Shown: positions 48,889-58,433 of the stretch, piece after piece | Layout of the letters: the number at the start of each line of letters is the position of its first letter | How positions within the stretch are numbered: position 1 is the stretch's first letter | Assembly (NCBI GenBank): GCA_032128875.1 | Contig: JAVLKG010000002.1 | Coordinates: forward strand, 544,001 to 608,000 | From: Candidatus Melainabacteria bacterium 17Bon1m | Lineage (GTDB): Bacteria; Cyanobacteriota; Vampirovibrionia; Obscuribacterales; Obscuribacteraceae | DNA: 64,000 nucleotides | Direction: 5' to 3' | Made by a program: the position numbers and the translations under genes | The notes under the pieces: generated by a model | Databases searched by the model: none | Seen by the model: the letters and a program-made list of their open reading frames with translations, nothing else | What the model was told of the DNA's origin: nothing

Positions 48889-49707
48889 ATGCCTGAGAAG
48901 AAAAATACCGATAAAGTTCCAGCAATGCGTTCTGGCGAACTAGAATCTGCAGCGCAGTTCAAACGCGAATTCGCATTTGGTGTGGCGGTTTTCGGCACCG
49001 AAGCCGGTTGTGGAAAAACGATTTTCATGACCGGTCTTTCAGCAGCCTTACGTGATGAAGGATTTCCGACAAGAGCTATAAAACCATTTGTTCTCAGTTC
49101 TAGACGAGATGCTGAAAACGAGTTGGCATTTATCAGCTCAATTACCCACACTCCAGTCAACTATCCCGTTGTCATCATGGATAAGTCCTCGGCAGTGCAA
49201 GAAGGCAACTGGCAACAGGCTGCCAATATGACGAGGTCTGGTCAGCATCTGACTTTTGTGGAATTGCCCAACTCTCCGGCAACGCCTATTTTGTATGAAC
49301 ACACGAGCGCAGGCACTATCGGCTCAGGCTGGAAAGATGCAGCCTCTTTCGCATGCGATCTTGGACTGCCGTGCATTTTGATCGCAAAACACAACAAAGA
49401 TGCTCTTGAGAAGATAATGCTGGCCGCGAGTTATCTGCGCTCCAAAGACGCTAAATTGGTTGGCGTCGGCACCGTCGAAACCACTGAGTACGGCGCCGCC
49501 AACGAACTCAAATTGACAAAGTCGGAACTGGAATTGGCGATTATGAATAGTGCCAAAACCCATTATTTAGGCGCCATCGAATACAGCCCTTCAATCAGCG
49601 TTCCGCGCGTTAATCAGGGCAACTTGATTAAGGTCACGTCCGCCGGCGTTGATCTCCTGCATGTACTGAGAAGCCTCGGCGCACCGGCATCGCTTTCCAA
49701 AAGCTAA
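48889..49707 (+). CDS. Dethiobiotin synthetase-like (AAA_26) P-loop protein, divergent
   Basis: FGTEAGCGKT P-loop and IKP, but VELPNS in place of BioD VEGAGG. Confidence 0.65.
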   Translation: MPEKKNTDKVPAMRSGELESAAQFKREFAFGVAVFGTEAGCGKTIFMTGLSAALRDEGFPTRAIKPFVLSSRRDAENELAFISSITHTPVNYPVVIMDKSSAVQEGNWQQAANMTRSGQHLTFVELPNSPATPILYEHTSAGTIGSGWKDAASFACDLGLPCILIAKHNKDALEKIMLAASYLRSKDAKLVGVGTVETTEYGAANELKLTKSELELAIMNSAKTHYLGAIEYSPSISVPRVNQGNLIKVTSAGVDLLHVLRSLGAPASLSKS

Positions 49708-49915
49708 CTCGTCTAAATTCCGTTCCTTAAAGATATAGAAGCAAATGGCTGTAAGCTCCCCGGGTCATGCCAAACTTTCTTTTGCGCCCGAATTCCGGAA
49801 TTCAGGAGCTTGACCTCCTGTTTTGGGAGCAGTGGGTCGGTCCGGGCGTCTGAGCCAACGCTGTTTGTCGGCGCTCCCAAGTTCGGTTGGCTGCGCTTTT
49901 ACCCTGGAGTTCGCA

Positions 49916-50770
49916 TTGGAGAACACCGAATCAGCCGTCAACGAGACAAAAAAACTGGCAGCAGATGCCAGAGAACTTGTTGTGTTCACCCTTTCAGATT
50001 CCTCCGGCGAGACTGCTGAAGCCGTGGGACGAGCCGCACTGGTGCAGTTTCCACCCGGACGCGCTTCTATCTACCGGCTGCCGCAAGTAAAGAGCTGCCA
50101 GCAATTGGCAGGACTTGTTCGTGAATGCGCGAACGGGCGTGCGGTCATCGCCTACACGCTCGTTTTGCCGGAATACAGAGAAACGCTCGAAGCCGAAGCT
50201 GCGAAGTTCAGCATACCGACTGTGGATTTGCTTGGTCCTCTAATTTCTCGCATTGCCAGTATTACTCAAACCTCGCCCCTTTCTCAGCCCGGTCGTTTGC
50301 ACCTCTTGGACGAGAGTTATTTCAAGCGTATCGAGGCGGTTGATTTTGCAATTCGATTTGATGATGGCAAAAACCCTGATGGAATCAAGCAAGCCGACAT
50401 TGTGTTGGTCGGTGTTTCGCGAACCAGCAAAACACCCAATTGCATGTACTTGGCTCACCATTACGGTTTGAAGGCAGCGAACGTTCCTCTCGTCTTCGGC
50501 GTTGATCCACCTTTGGCACTTTTCCAGATCAATCCAAAGAAGATTTTTGGATTAGCGATCGACCCTTATTTGTTGCAGGAGATACGGACTACAAGAGCGA
50601 TTGTGCTTGGAATGCGCGGTGAAAATGACTACGCCGATCCGGATCGCATTCGCCAAGAAGTTCGCTACGCCAAAAAGATTTTCCGCGAACTTAAGTGCCA
50701 CGTAATTGATGTTTCTGCAAAAGCAATCGAAGAAACGTCCAGCGAAATTTTCCTTCAATTGAGGCAGTAG
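49916..50770 (+). CDS. PPDK/PEPS regulatory kinase-pyrophosphorylase (DUF299)
   Basis: SDSSGETA, YFKRIEAVDF...DDG, GVSRTSKTP, AANVP, KAIEET. Probable TTG start at 49916 after GGAG. Confidence 0.93.
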   Translation: MENTESAVNETKKLAADARELVVFTLSDSSGETAEAVGRAALVQFPPGRASIYRLPQVKSCQQLAGLVRECANGRAVIAYTLVLPEYRETLEAEAAKFSIPTVDLLGPLISRIASITQTSPLSQPGRLHLLDESYFKRIEAVDFAIRFDDGKNPDGIKQADIVLVGVSRTSKTPNCMYLAHHYGLKAANVPLVFGVDPPLALFQINPKKIFGLAIDPYLLQEIRTTRAIVLGMRGENDYADPDRIRQEVRYAKKIFRELKCHVIDVSAKAIEETSSEIFLQLRQ

Positions 50771-50843
50771 CCTGCATCGGTAAACATTCAAAGTATCCAA
50801 TCAAACGAATCACAAGGTCCGTTGCAATAAGGGAGAAAACAAA

Positions 50844-53588
50844 ATGGTAAGCACCACAGGACAGTCAGTAGACTTGAAGCGAGTCTTCCTTTTCCCTGAT
50901 GCCTACAAGGCACTCAACCAGCTGGGCAGCCAAAAAATGCGCGAGACTCTTGGCGGCAAAGGCGCTGGTCTTGCTGAGATGACTTCCTCCGGTGTGAATG
51001 TTCCTCCTGGTTTGACGATCACAACCAATGTTTGCCGCGAATACTATGAAAACAACAAAAAGATGCCTGACGGACTCTTCGCGGAGGTCATGGACGCGCT
51101 CAAAGACGTTGAAGCAAAAGTCGACAGAAGATTGGGTGATTTAGAAAAACCGCTTCTCTTGTCGGTTCGATCCGGCGCCAAATTCTCCATGCCCGGAATG
51201 ATGGACACTATTTTGAATCTTGGTCTTAACGATAAGACCGTTGAATCACTGGCAAAGCTCACCAACAATCCACGTTTTGCTTACGACAGCTACCGCCGTT
51301 TTATTCAAATGTTCAGCAACGTAGTGCTCGACGTTCACAAAGATAAGTTCGAAGACCTGCTTGAAGACATGAAAGATGAAATTGGAAAGTCTCTTGATAC
51401 CGAATTGACTGCAGACGATTGGAAAAAACTCGTTGTCGAGTACAAAGCTCTGGTCAAGAAAGAGAGTGGCAGCGACTTCCCTCAAGACACCGCAAAACAG
51501 CTGGAAGGCGCTATCGAGGCTGTGTTCCGTTCTTGGAACAATAGCCGTGCCATCTATTACCGCAATCTAAATAAGATCGATCACAATCTCGGAACCGCCG
51601 TCAACGTTCAAGCCATGGTTTTTGGAAACCTGAATGACGAATCAGCGACCGGAGTTTGCTTCACCCGCAATCCATCTACCGGTGAGAAACTTCTCTACGG
51701 CGAATATCTAGTAAACGCGCAAGGCGAGGACGTTGTTGCAGGCACACGCACACCTAAGAAAATTGTAGAGATGCAAAAGGAAATGCCCAAGGTTTTCGAG
51801 GAGCTCCTTGCTACAACTGCCAGACTCGAAAAACATTACCTTGAAATGCAAGACATCGAATTTACGATTGAAAGTGGAAGGCTTTTCATTCTTCAAACCA
51901 GAACCGGCAAGCGAACCGCAGCCGCAGCAGTCAAAGTTGCTGTGGACATGGCTGAAGAAGGTATCATCTCTCGCGATGAGGCTCTCACGCGCGTTGAGCC
52001 GACGCAGTTGAACCAATTATTGCTTCCATCTTTCATTCCTGCCGATAAAGAGAAGGCGAAGAAAGAGGGGCGTTTGCTCGCGACTGGTTTGAACGCAAGT
52101 CCTGGTGCAGCAATTGGCCGCATCGCTTTCGATCCGGACGTTGTCGAAAGCGCGACTCAAAAGGGAGACAAAGTAATTCTCGTCCGAATCGAGACTTGCC
52201 CCGATGACATTCACGGCATTGTTCCAGCGCAAGGCGTTGTCACCAGCCGCGGTGGTATGACCTCGCACGCAGCCGTAGTTGCGCGCGGCATGGGCAAGCC
52301 CTGCGTGGCAGGTTGTGAGTCGCTAAAGATAAATCTCGAAAAGGGCGAAATGCAGGTTGGTGGCAAAACACTCAAAGCTGGCGATTTGATTTCGATTGAC
52401 GGTTCGACAGGTGAGATTTTCGAAGGCGCAATCACAACGCAAGATCCAAAGTTTTCTGAAGAGTTCGGTCGTCTTCTGAATTGGGCGGATGAAAAACGCG
52501 TCCTCAGGGTTCGCACAAACGCCGACACCCCTGAAGATGCAAGGCTCGCTCGCGAATTTGGTGCAGAAGGAATTGGATTGTGCAGAACCGAGCACATGTT
52601 CATGGCTGCTGACCGTCTGCCGGCGATGAAAGAGATGATCATCGCGTCAGATGTGGATGAAAGAAAAGCTGCACTTGCGAAGTTGCTTCCGATGCAAATC
52701 GAAGATTTTAAAGGCATCTTCAAGGCGATGAAGGGCTTGCCCGTAACTATCCGTTTGCTCGATCCCCCGCTTCATGAGTTCCTCCCCAAGCACGAAGACT
52801 TAGTCGAAGAGATCGCCAACCTCAAGGCTAAAGGTGTTAAAGGTGCAGAACTCCGCGAGAAGGAAGTAATGCTCCAGAAAGTGAATGAGCTCAAGGAATC
52901 GAATCCGATGCTCGGTTTTCGCGGCTGCAGGCTCGGTCTCATCTACCCCGAAATCAACACCATGCAGGTAGAAGCCATCTTCACAGCAGCCATCGAAGTT
53001 CAAAAAGAAGGTCATGAGGTTTTTCCTGAGATCATGATTCCTCTGATTGGTCATCCGAATGAACTGAAATTCGCCAGACAACACCTTGAGTCAGTGGCGA
53101 AACAGGTTATGGATAAGCTGAAGACCGAAGTTAAGTACAAATTCGGCACCATGATTGAAGTTCCGAGAGCTTGTGTTGCAGCTGATTTGATCGCCGAGCA
53201 TGCTGAGTTCTTCAGCTTCGGCACAAACGATTTGACGCAAATGACTTTCGGATATTCACGTGATGATGCTGAAGGTAAATTCCTTCAGAAATACCTGGAA
53301 GGTATCACCGTAGATGGTGTGCAACAGAAAGTCATGCAACACAATCCGTTCGAAGTTCTCGATCGTGGTGGCGTTGGCAAACTCATGAAGATTGCCGTTG
53401 AATACGGTCTGCAAACAAGAGCAGATCTGAAGCTCGGCATCTGCGGAGAGCACGGCGGAGAGCCATCTTCGATAGCTTTCGCTCACGAGATTGGACTGGC
53501 ATATGTAAGCTGCTCTCCATTCCGCGTACCCGTAGCCAGACTCGCAGCTGCACAAGCAACCGTGGTAGGGAAAGAACGCGATAAATAA
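50844..53588 (+). CDS. ppdK: Pyruvate, phosphate dikinase
   Basis: LGGKG, SVRSGA..SMPGMMDT, GGMTSHAAVVARG (phospho-His), GIGLCRTEHM, FSFGTNDL, GICGEHGG. Confidence 0.97.
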   Translation: MVSTTGQSVDLKRVFLFPDAYKALNQLGSQKMRETLGGKGAGLAEMTSSGVNVPPGLTITTNVCREYYENNKKMPDGLFAEVMDALKDVEAKVDRRLGDLEKPLLLSVRSGAKFSMPGMMDTILNLGLNDKTVESLAKLTNNPRFAYDSYRRFIQMFSNVVLDVHKDKFEDLLEDMKDEIGKSLDTELTADDWKKLVVEYKALVKKESGSDFPQDTAKQLEGAIEAVFRSWNNSRAIYYRNLNKIDHNLGTAVNVQAMVFGNLNDESATGVCFTRNPSTGEKLLYGEYLVNAQGEDVVAGTRTPKKIVEMQKEMPKVFEELLATTARLEKHYLEMQDIEFTIESGRLFILQTRTGKRTAAAAVKVAVDMAEEGIISRDEALTRVEPTQLNQLLLPSFIPADKEKAKKEGRLLATGLNASPGAAIGRIAFDPDVVESATQKGDKVILVRIETCPDDIHGIVPAQGVVTSRGGMTSHAAVVARGMGKPCVAGCESLKINLEKGEMQVGGKTLKAGDLISIDGSTGEIFEGAITTQDPKFSEEFGRLLNWADEKRVLRVRTNADTPEDARLAREFGAEGIGLCRTEHMFMAADRLPAMKEMIIASDVDERKAALAKLLPMQIEDFKGIFKAMKGLPVTIRLLDPPLHEFLPKHEDLVEEIANLKAKGVKGAELREKEVMLQKVNELKESNPMLGFRGCRLGLIYPEINTMQVEAIFTAAIEVQKEGHEVFPEIMIPLIGHPNELKFARQHLESVAKQVMDKLKTEVKYKFGTMIEVPRACVAADLIAEHAEFFSFGTNDLTQMTFGYSRDDAEGKFLQKYLEGITVDGVQQKVMQHNPFEVLDRGGVGKLMKIAVEYGLQTRADLKLGICGEHGGEPSSIAFAHEIGLAYVSCSPFRVPVARLAAAQATVVGKERDK

Positions 53589-53618
53589 GCTGGCGTTTAC
53601 AAGTCAGCGTTTGCAATT

Positions 53619-53643
53619 GTAGGGGCGACGCCATGCGTCGACC
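53619..53643 (+). repeat. REP-like palindrome (GTAG type)
   Basis: GTAGGGGCGACGCCATGCGTCGACC between convergent genes. Confidence 0.65.
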
Positions 53644-53651
53644 GGTTTTAC

Positions 53652-54215
53652 TTAGCTGCTTTGTTTCACTGCAGTTTCAATCGTTGTCTTTAAATCCTTG
53701 GCGGCTTTAACGTCGTGAATAACAAATAGTTTGACGCCATGATGGATGCGTGGCTTCATCTCCGGTTTCTTGAGATTACGTGCCTCATATTTACCGGACT
53801 CTTTCAACAAAATCTCAATATCATTGTTGTCTCCGCGTGGTTTGGAGACGAACACTTTATCGACATCCTTGAGCCAACCGTAGTGTACTGAAATGCCCGG
53901 ACGAACACGCATAAAGCGTTTCGTAGTAATAGCGTCAATAACTTTGTAGACCTTTCTGAAAAGCAAAAGGAAGCAAAGCCATACCATGACAAAGAGTATT
54001 GCATTGCCCAAGGTTGGCGGCTGATGATGTTTCACATAAATGTCGAAACCTATGACGAGCAAAACCACAGCGAGCAGGGCTTTCGTCATTGTCATCATTC
54101 GCGGCACAGGGTCTTCCAGCCTAGCGAATAAGAGTTTCTCATCAGGCATAAGTTCTTTCAGAACCATCGATTCCGAGAGTTGGTCGATTCCGCCCTGCTT
54201 TTGAACCTCGGTCAC
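53652..54215 (-). CDS. Hypothetical membrane protein (2 TM + possible bacterial PH-like domain)
   Basis: L.PDEKLL N-terminus, two TMs, AITTKRF; GGAGG RBS before GTG. Confidence 0.65.
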   Translation of the reverse strand: MTEVQKQGGIDQLSESMVLKELMPDEKLLFARLEDPVPRMMTMTKALLAVVLLVIGFDIYVKHHQPPTLGNAILFVMVWLCFLLLFRKVYKVIDAITTKRFMRVRPGISVHYGWLKDVDKVFVSKPRGDNNDIEILLKESGKYEARNLKKPEMKPRIHHGVKLFVIHDVKAAKDLKTTIETAVKQSS

Positions 54216-54411
54216 CTAAATCCTCCGACAACAACTTGGACAAAGACTGCCCTGATTGTAGTCTAATCAGTTTAATCTGCAAGGCAGGCGCGGTCTTAAG
54301 CCTGTCAGTTGTTCCCTTTAATCAACAGTTACAGAAGTGTTGGTTTTGAGACCGGAAAACGTCACTGGCTTATAAACTGAACGCTTCAGAGGGCGTTTTG
54401 TAACTATATAG

Positions 54412-55434
54412 ATGAATCGGCTGACGACATTCAAAATATCCAGGTTTTTTGCTTTTCTCCCGGTGGTTCTTTACCTCTGTGGACTTGTCTGCTCTTCCGC
54501 AGCGATCGCGCAGAGTGCTACTTATAGCGTTTCAAATCTAAGCAGGAACGAACAGAATATCGAAAAACCCTTAAAGGCTAAGCGTTGTGTTAAGTCTATA
54601 AAGGTTGGAAAGATTCGTCGTAGTTATGTTGTAAACACACCGCAGGGTTATGGAGATAAACCAGCTCCGCTGGTGTTAGTTCTGCATGGTGCGATGGCAA
54701 ATACCTTTGCAATGGCATGGGACACTCGCATGACAGAGAAGGCGAACGAACATGGTTTCATCGTTGTTTATCCGCGCGGAATTGGAATCGCAAAAACATT
54801 GATGACTTGGAATGCCGGCGATTGCTGTGGCATCGCAAAGCTGAGAAACATTGACGATATAGCGTTCTTGAAGGTATTGATCAAACAGTTACGCGAAGAT
54901 TATAACGTCGATGGCGATCGCATCTACATAGCTGGCGCTTCAAATGGTGGCATGATGGCATACAAAGCAGCAATTGAACTTTCAGATCAGATTGCTGCAA
55001 TTGCTACTGCGAACGGAACGATGATGACCAGCGAGCTGAAGCCTGGAGAGCCGGTGAGCATACTCGCATTTCACGGAACAAAAGACCACATTGTTCCATA
55101 TCAAGGCGGACCTGGAGGCTTACCATTTTGGAAAATAATTGGGACGAAAGCCGCTGACAATGTGAAGTTCTGGGCTGAGCGTGATAAGTGCTCTGCGACT
55201 GCTGTGCGAGAAAGCGTTGGCAATTACGTCAAAGAAAGTTACCGCAATGGTGCTAATGGCACCGAAGTCTGCGTATACATCGTAAATGGCGGTAAGCACA
55301 ATTGGCCTGGCGGACGTGGGACCATCATAAGCAGCGATTCAGCAATGAGCAAACTCGATGCAACAGACATCATATGCAAGTTTTTCTTGGCTCATCCCAA
55401 ATTGCGAACTACGGCAAGCGCTCGTAAAGAGTAG
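54412..55434 (+). CDS. Exported esterase, PHB-depolymerase/LpqC family
   Basis: Signal peptide, VLHG, WNAGDCC, GASNGG nucleophile, HGTKD, GKHNWPG. Confidence 0.88.
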   Translation: MNRLTTFKISRFFAFLPVVLYLCGLVCSSAAIAQSATYSVSNLSRNEQNIEKPLKAKRCVKSIKVGKIRRSYVVNTPQGYGDKPAPLVLVLHGAMANTFAMAWDTRMTEKANEHGFIVVYPRGIGIAKTLMTWNAGDCCGIAKLRNIDDIAFLKVLIKQLREDYNVDGDRIYIAGASNGGMMAYKAAIELSDQIAAIATANGTMMTSELKPGEPVSILAFHGTKDHIVPYQGGPGGLPFWKIIGTKAADNVKFWAERDKCSATAVRESVGNYVKESYRNGANGTEVCVYIVNGGKHNWPGGRGTIISSDSAMSKLDATDIICKFFLAHPKLRTTASARKE

Positions 55435-55458
55435 TTTCACTGATAACCGGAACCAGAG

Positions 55459-56919
55459 TTAAAACTGGAAGTAGATAAACTTCGGCGTGATGTCCGGAGA
55501 AAATGCGATAAGCAGGCAAATCGCGACCGTGAGATAAACCACCTTCAGCGGGCGGTTGAAAGGCATGATGCCGCCGATGCAGTCTTTGTTCTCGCGGAAT
55601 TTCGTGCAAATGAGCTGTCCGGCGAGGATAGCCAAAAGAAGGAGCGGCAGGAAGAAGTAGACACCTGGCTGATCGACGTTAGGCAAGGTAACTTGCCAGA
55701 ATTTCAGATTGGGTAGCTGGTCTAGGAGAAGCAAACGCTTGATGATGCCCACACCAATCGGCACATTGTCTGCGCGGAAGATAACTTCAGTGAGGCAGAC
55801 GCTGTGGAATGTGAGGAAAATGGCAAAAGCGTGGAAGATTTTGTTGGCAGTCAAAGTCTTGAGTATCTGCGACTTTTCAACAAGATTGCGCCACTCGCGA
55901 TGCAGAACCAGCAACACGCCATGCAATGTCCCAAATAAAATATAGTGCGTAGCTGCTCCGTGCCAAAGACCGCACAGAGTGAAGGTGATGAGGATATTTC
56001 TGTAAGTCATCCACTTGCCGGCACGGCTGCCGCCCAGTGGGATGAAGAGATAATCTTTGAGCCAGGTGGAAAGCGAGATGTGCCACCGTCTCCAATACTC
56101 TGTGATTGACTCGGCCATATACGGCAAGTCAAAGTTTTTCGGCACCTTAAATCCAAGAAGCTGCGCAGAACCTCTGGCAATATCAGTGTAGCCGGAGAAG
56201 TCGAAATAGACTTGGAAGGCGAAAGCATAGGTGGCAAGCCACATGTCGAATGTAGTGAAGTTGTTAGGATTCGCATATGCAGTTTGCACGACGATAGCCA
56301 GGTTGTCCGCAAAAATTACTTTTTTCATCAAACCGAAAACAATTAGTTCAATGGCTTCGTCAAACTGTGACATCGACAGTTTGGTCTTCACTTCAAGCTG
56401 CTGCATGAAGTCCTGATAGCGTTTGATGGGGCCCGCTATTTGTGTTGGGAAAAAACTGGCGAAGAGCGCGAATTGCCACGGTGATTTAACTGGCGCACTG
56501 CCTTTATAAACGTCCGTCAAATAGTGGATGAATTCAAACGCGAAGAACGAGATGCCCAGTGGCAGAATGATTTGGAAAGGAATTGGCATCAATTCCTGAT
56601 TCGAGAATGCGAGCGCAGAATTTGCGACATCACGCACAAAGTACGCATATTTGAAGAAGCCCAGGAGCAACAGATTCGCAGCAATTGCGATGGTGAATAG
56701 CAGCTTTTTTTTCGTCTCGGCTCTAGCAATCCAAAGCCCCATGAAATAGTTGATTGCAGTCATGGCAGCGATAAGCAATCCGTATTCCGGCTTCCAAGCC
56801 ATATAAAAAATGTAACTGGCTAAGAGCAGAAGCGCGGTGCGAAAACGATATGGCACCATCCAGAAAAGGGCTACTACAATCGGCAAAAATACTAGGTAGG
56901 TAAAGCTGTTGAATAGCAT
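55459..56919 (-). CDS. MBOAT O-acyltransferase (AlgI/PatA/DltB-like)
   Basis: MLFNS, LPLGISFF, FFPTQIAGPI, YFDFSGYTDIA, WRRWHISLS and GLWHGA motifs. Confidence 0.93.
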   Translation of the reverse strand: MLFNSFTYLVFLPIVVALFWMVPYRFRTALLLLASYIFYMAWKPEYGLLIAAMTAINYFMGLWIARAETKKKLLFTIAIAANLLLLGFFKYAYFVRDVANSALAFSNQELMPIPFQIILPLGISFFAFEFIHYLTDVYKGSAPVKSPWQFALFASFFPTQIAGPIKRYQDFMQQLEVKTKLSMSQFDEAIELIVFGLMKKVIFADNLAIVVQTAYANPNNFTTFDMWLATYAFAFQVYFDFSGYTDIARGSAQLLGFKVPKNFDLPYMAESITEYWRRWHISLSTWLKDYLFIPLGGSRAGKWMTYRNILITFTLCGLWHGAATHYILFGTLHGVLLVLHREWRNLVEKSQILKTLTANKIFHAFAIFLTFHSVCLTEVIFRADNVPIGVGIIKRLLLLDQLPNLKFWQVTLPNVDQPGVYFFLPLLLLAILAGQLICTKFRENKDCIGGIMPFNRPLKVVYLTVAICLLIAFSPDITPKFIYFQF

Positions 56920-58148
56920 TACATCTCACCTCGTGCCTTGCCGGCGATTTGAGAATCTTGACGGGTTAGCGCTGCGCTTAGGCGAGTGTCTTTGCCGATT
57001 TCCTTGGCAACAAAGTCCATGACCTTTCTGCCACCTGATGCATCCATGTGGCAGGAATCGGTGAAATCTTTGATGTTGAACGCGCCCGTAGCCTGAAGAT
57101 CCAGGTATGCAACTTTTTCTTCTTTCGCAAACGATTCGACCCTTTTCACCAGAGCATCGTGTACACCCTTGGGAAGAATGGTCAAAGCTGGGTCAGGAAG
57201 TGCGACATTGACGATAAGTGGTTCGATGCCTTTTTCTTTGCAGAGGTCGATACATTTCTTCAGCCATGCCATTTTGATTTTGCAGCGCTCCGGCGTCGCA
57301 AATCGATAACGCTTTCTGAAATTGTTGGAATTATCGTTGTAGTAGTCTATGCCAACCGGCTGAGCAAGCCATATTCCAGGCGCGACTTCATCTTGGTAGA
57401 TGGCGTCTTTTACGTCGCCTTTTTCTTTAGAAGTGATCGGTTTTGCAGACAATGGCCCTAGGTAATCGGACATCCTGTTGCGCACTGTTCCTACCACAGA
57501 ACCCTGCACATCATGTTTGCGCCCGGCTAAATACAATCCTTCATTGACTAAGAACTCAGTGCGCTGCCACGGTTTGGGCATTGCCAAATCCAGCAAATCA
57601 CGTGTTTGAGTAAACTTGCTCAAATACTTATAGTGCGTGGATGAGACTGCACAGTAGAAGTCGTCGTCGGTCATATCCAAAGGTGTCAAACCAAGGACAA
57701 CTACTTTGGGGGTTTTTCCTTCCTTAAAGAGTGTGCGGATGATCATGTAGTCGTCTGACACCATCGCACCAGGCAGCGCAAAATTGAAACAGCTGAGATT
57801 GAGACCAGGAAGGTGTTTCTTAATTGCATCTTCGAAATAGTGGCTGCGTCGTTCTACGACAATGTCCACTTTGCGATTGAGGTGTTCAGCCTCCAACATC
57901 CACAGTGGATTCATAAAAATAGATGAACCGAGAAGCACTACATCCGGTGCCGACTTCTCTTGTAAGTAATCTTGAGTAGTCCAATAAGCCCAGTGTTTAG
58001 CAGACGGAATGGTATTTGGGTCTACGCGCCCAAATGGATCCTTTAGCGCCAAAAACACGTTGATTGCAACGACCAAGAGCAAAGCAATTAGAACTGGGCT
58101 CTGCCTGAAGGCTGCGGCTGTTTTTTTAATTGGAGACAGTGCGGACAA
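56919..58148 (-). CDS. SGNH-like periplasmic partner of the MBOAT (DUF1574/DltD-like)
   Basis: N-terminal TM, LLGSS, NFALPG, C-terminal DSCH (DxxH); stop/start overlap with the MBOAT gene. Confidence 0.75.
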   Translation of the reverse strand: MSALSPIKKTAAAFRQSPVLIALLLVVAINVFLALKDPFGRVDPNTIPSAKHWAYWTTQDYLQEKSAPDVVLLGSSIFMNPLWMLEAEHLNRKVDIVVERRSHYFEDAIKKHLPGLNLSCFNFALPGAMVSDDYMIIRTLFKEGKTPKVVVLGLTPLDMTDDDFYCAVSSTHYKYLSKFTQTRDLLDLAMPKPWQRTEFLVNEGLYLAGRKHDVQGSVVGTVRNRMSDYLGPLSAKPITSKEKGDVKDAIYQDEVAPGIWLAQPVGIDYYNDNSNNFRKRYRFATPERCKIKMAWLKKCIDLCKEKGIEPLIVNVALPDPALTILPKGVHDALVKRVESFAKEEKVAYLDLQATGAFNIKDFTDSCHMDASGGRKVMDFVAKEIGKDTRLSAALTRQDSQIAGKARGEM

Positions 58149-58433
58149 GGTTTACGAGATTCCTTCTATTGGCAAAATGCACACGGCATTACAGCGTGAG
58201 GCATTATAGCTTGACAGCTAAAAGCCTTCGTTTGCATTAGCTAATAGTTGTCCTCCGAGGTGCTATAAACGAGCTAGGACTGGGAAATCACCTAGTATTC
58301 AATTGAAATATATGGTTCTTAAGTGACCGCTGCTCGATTGCGGGAGTCTGACAAGAATCAAAAAAGCCGCAAAAGCCGGCTACCTGGGGTTAATGGGACA
58401 AATCAATAAGATTTTAGGGGCAGGGAGCCTCTT

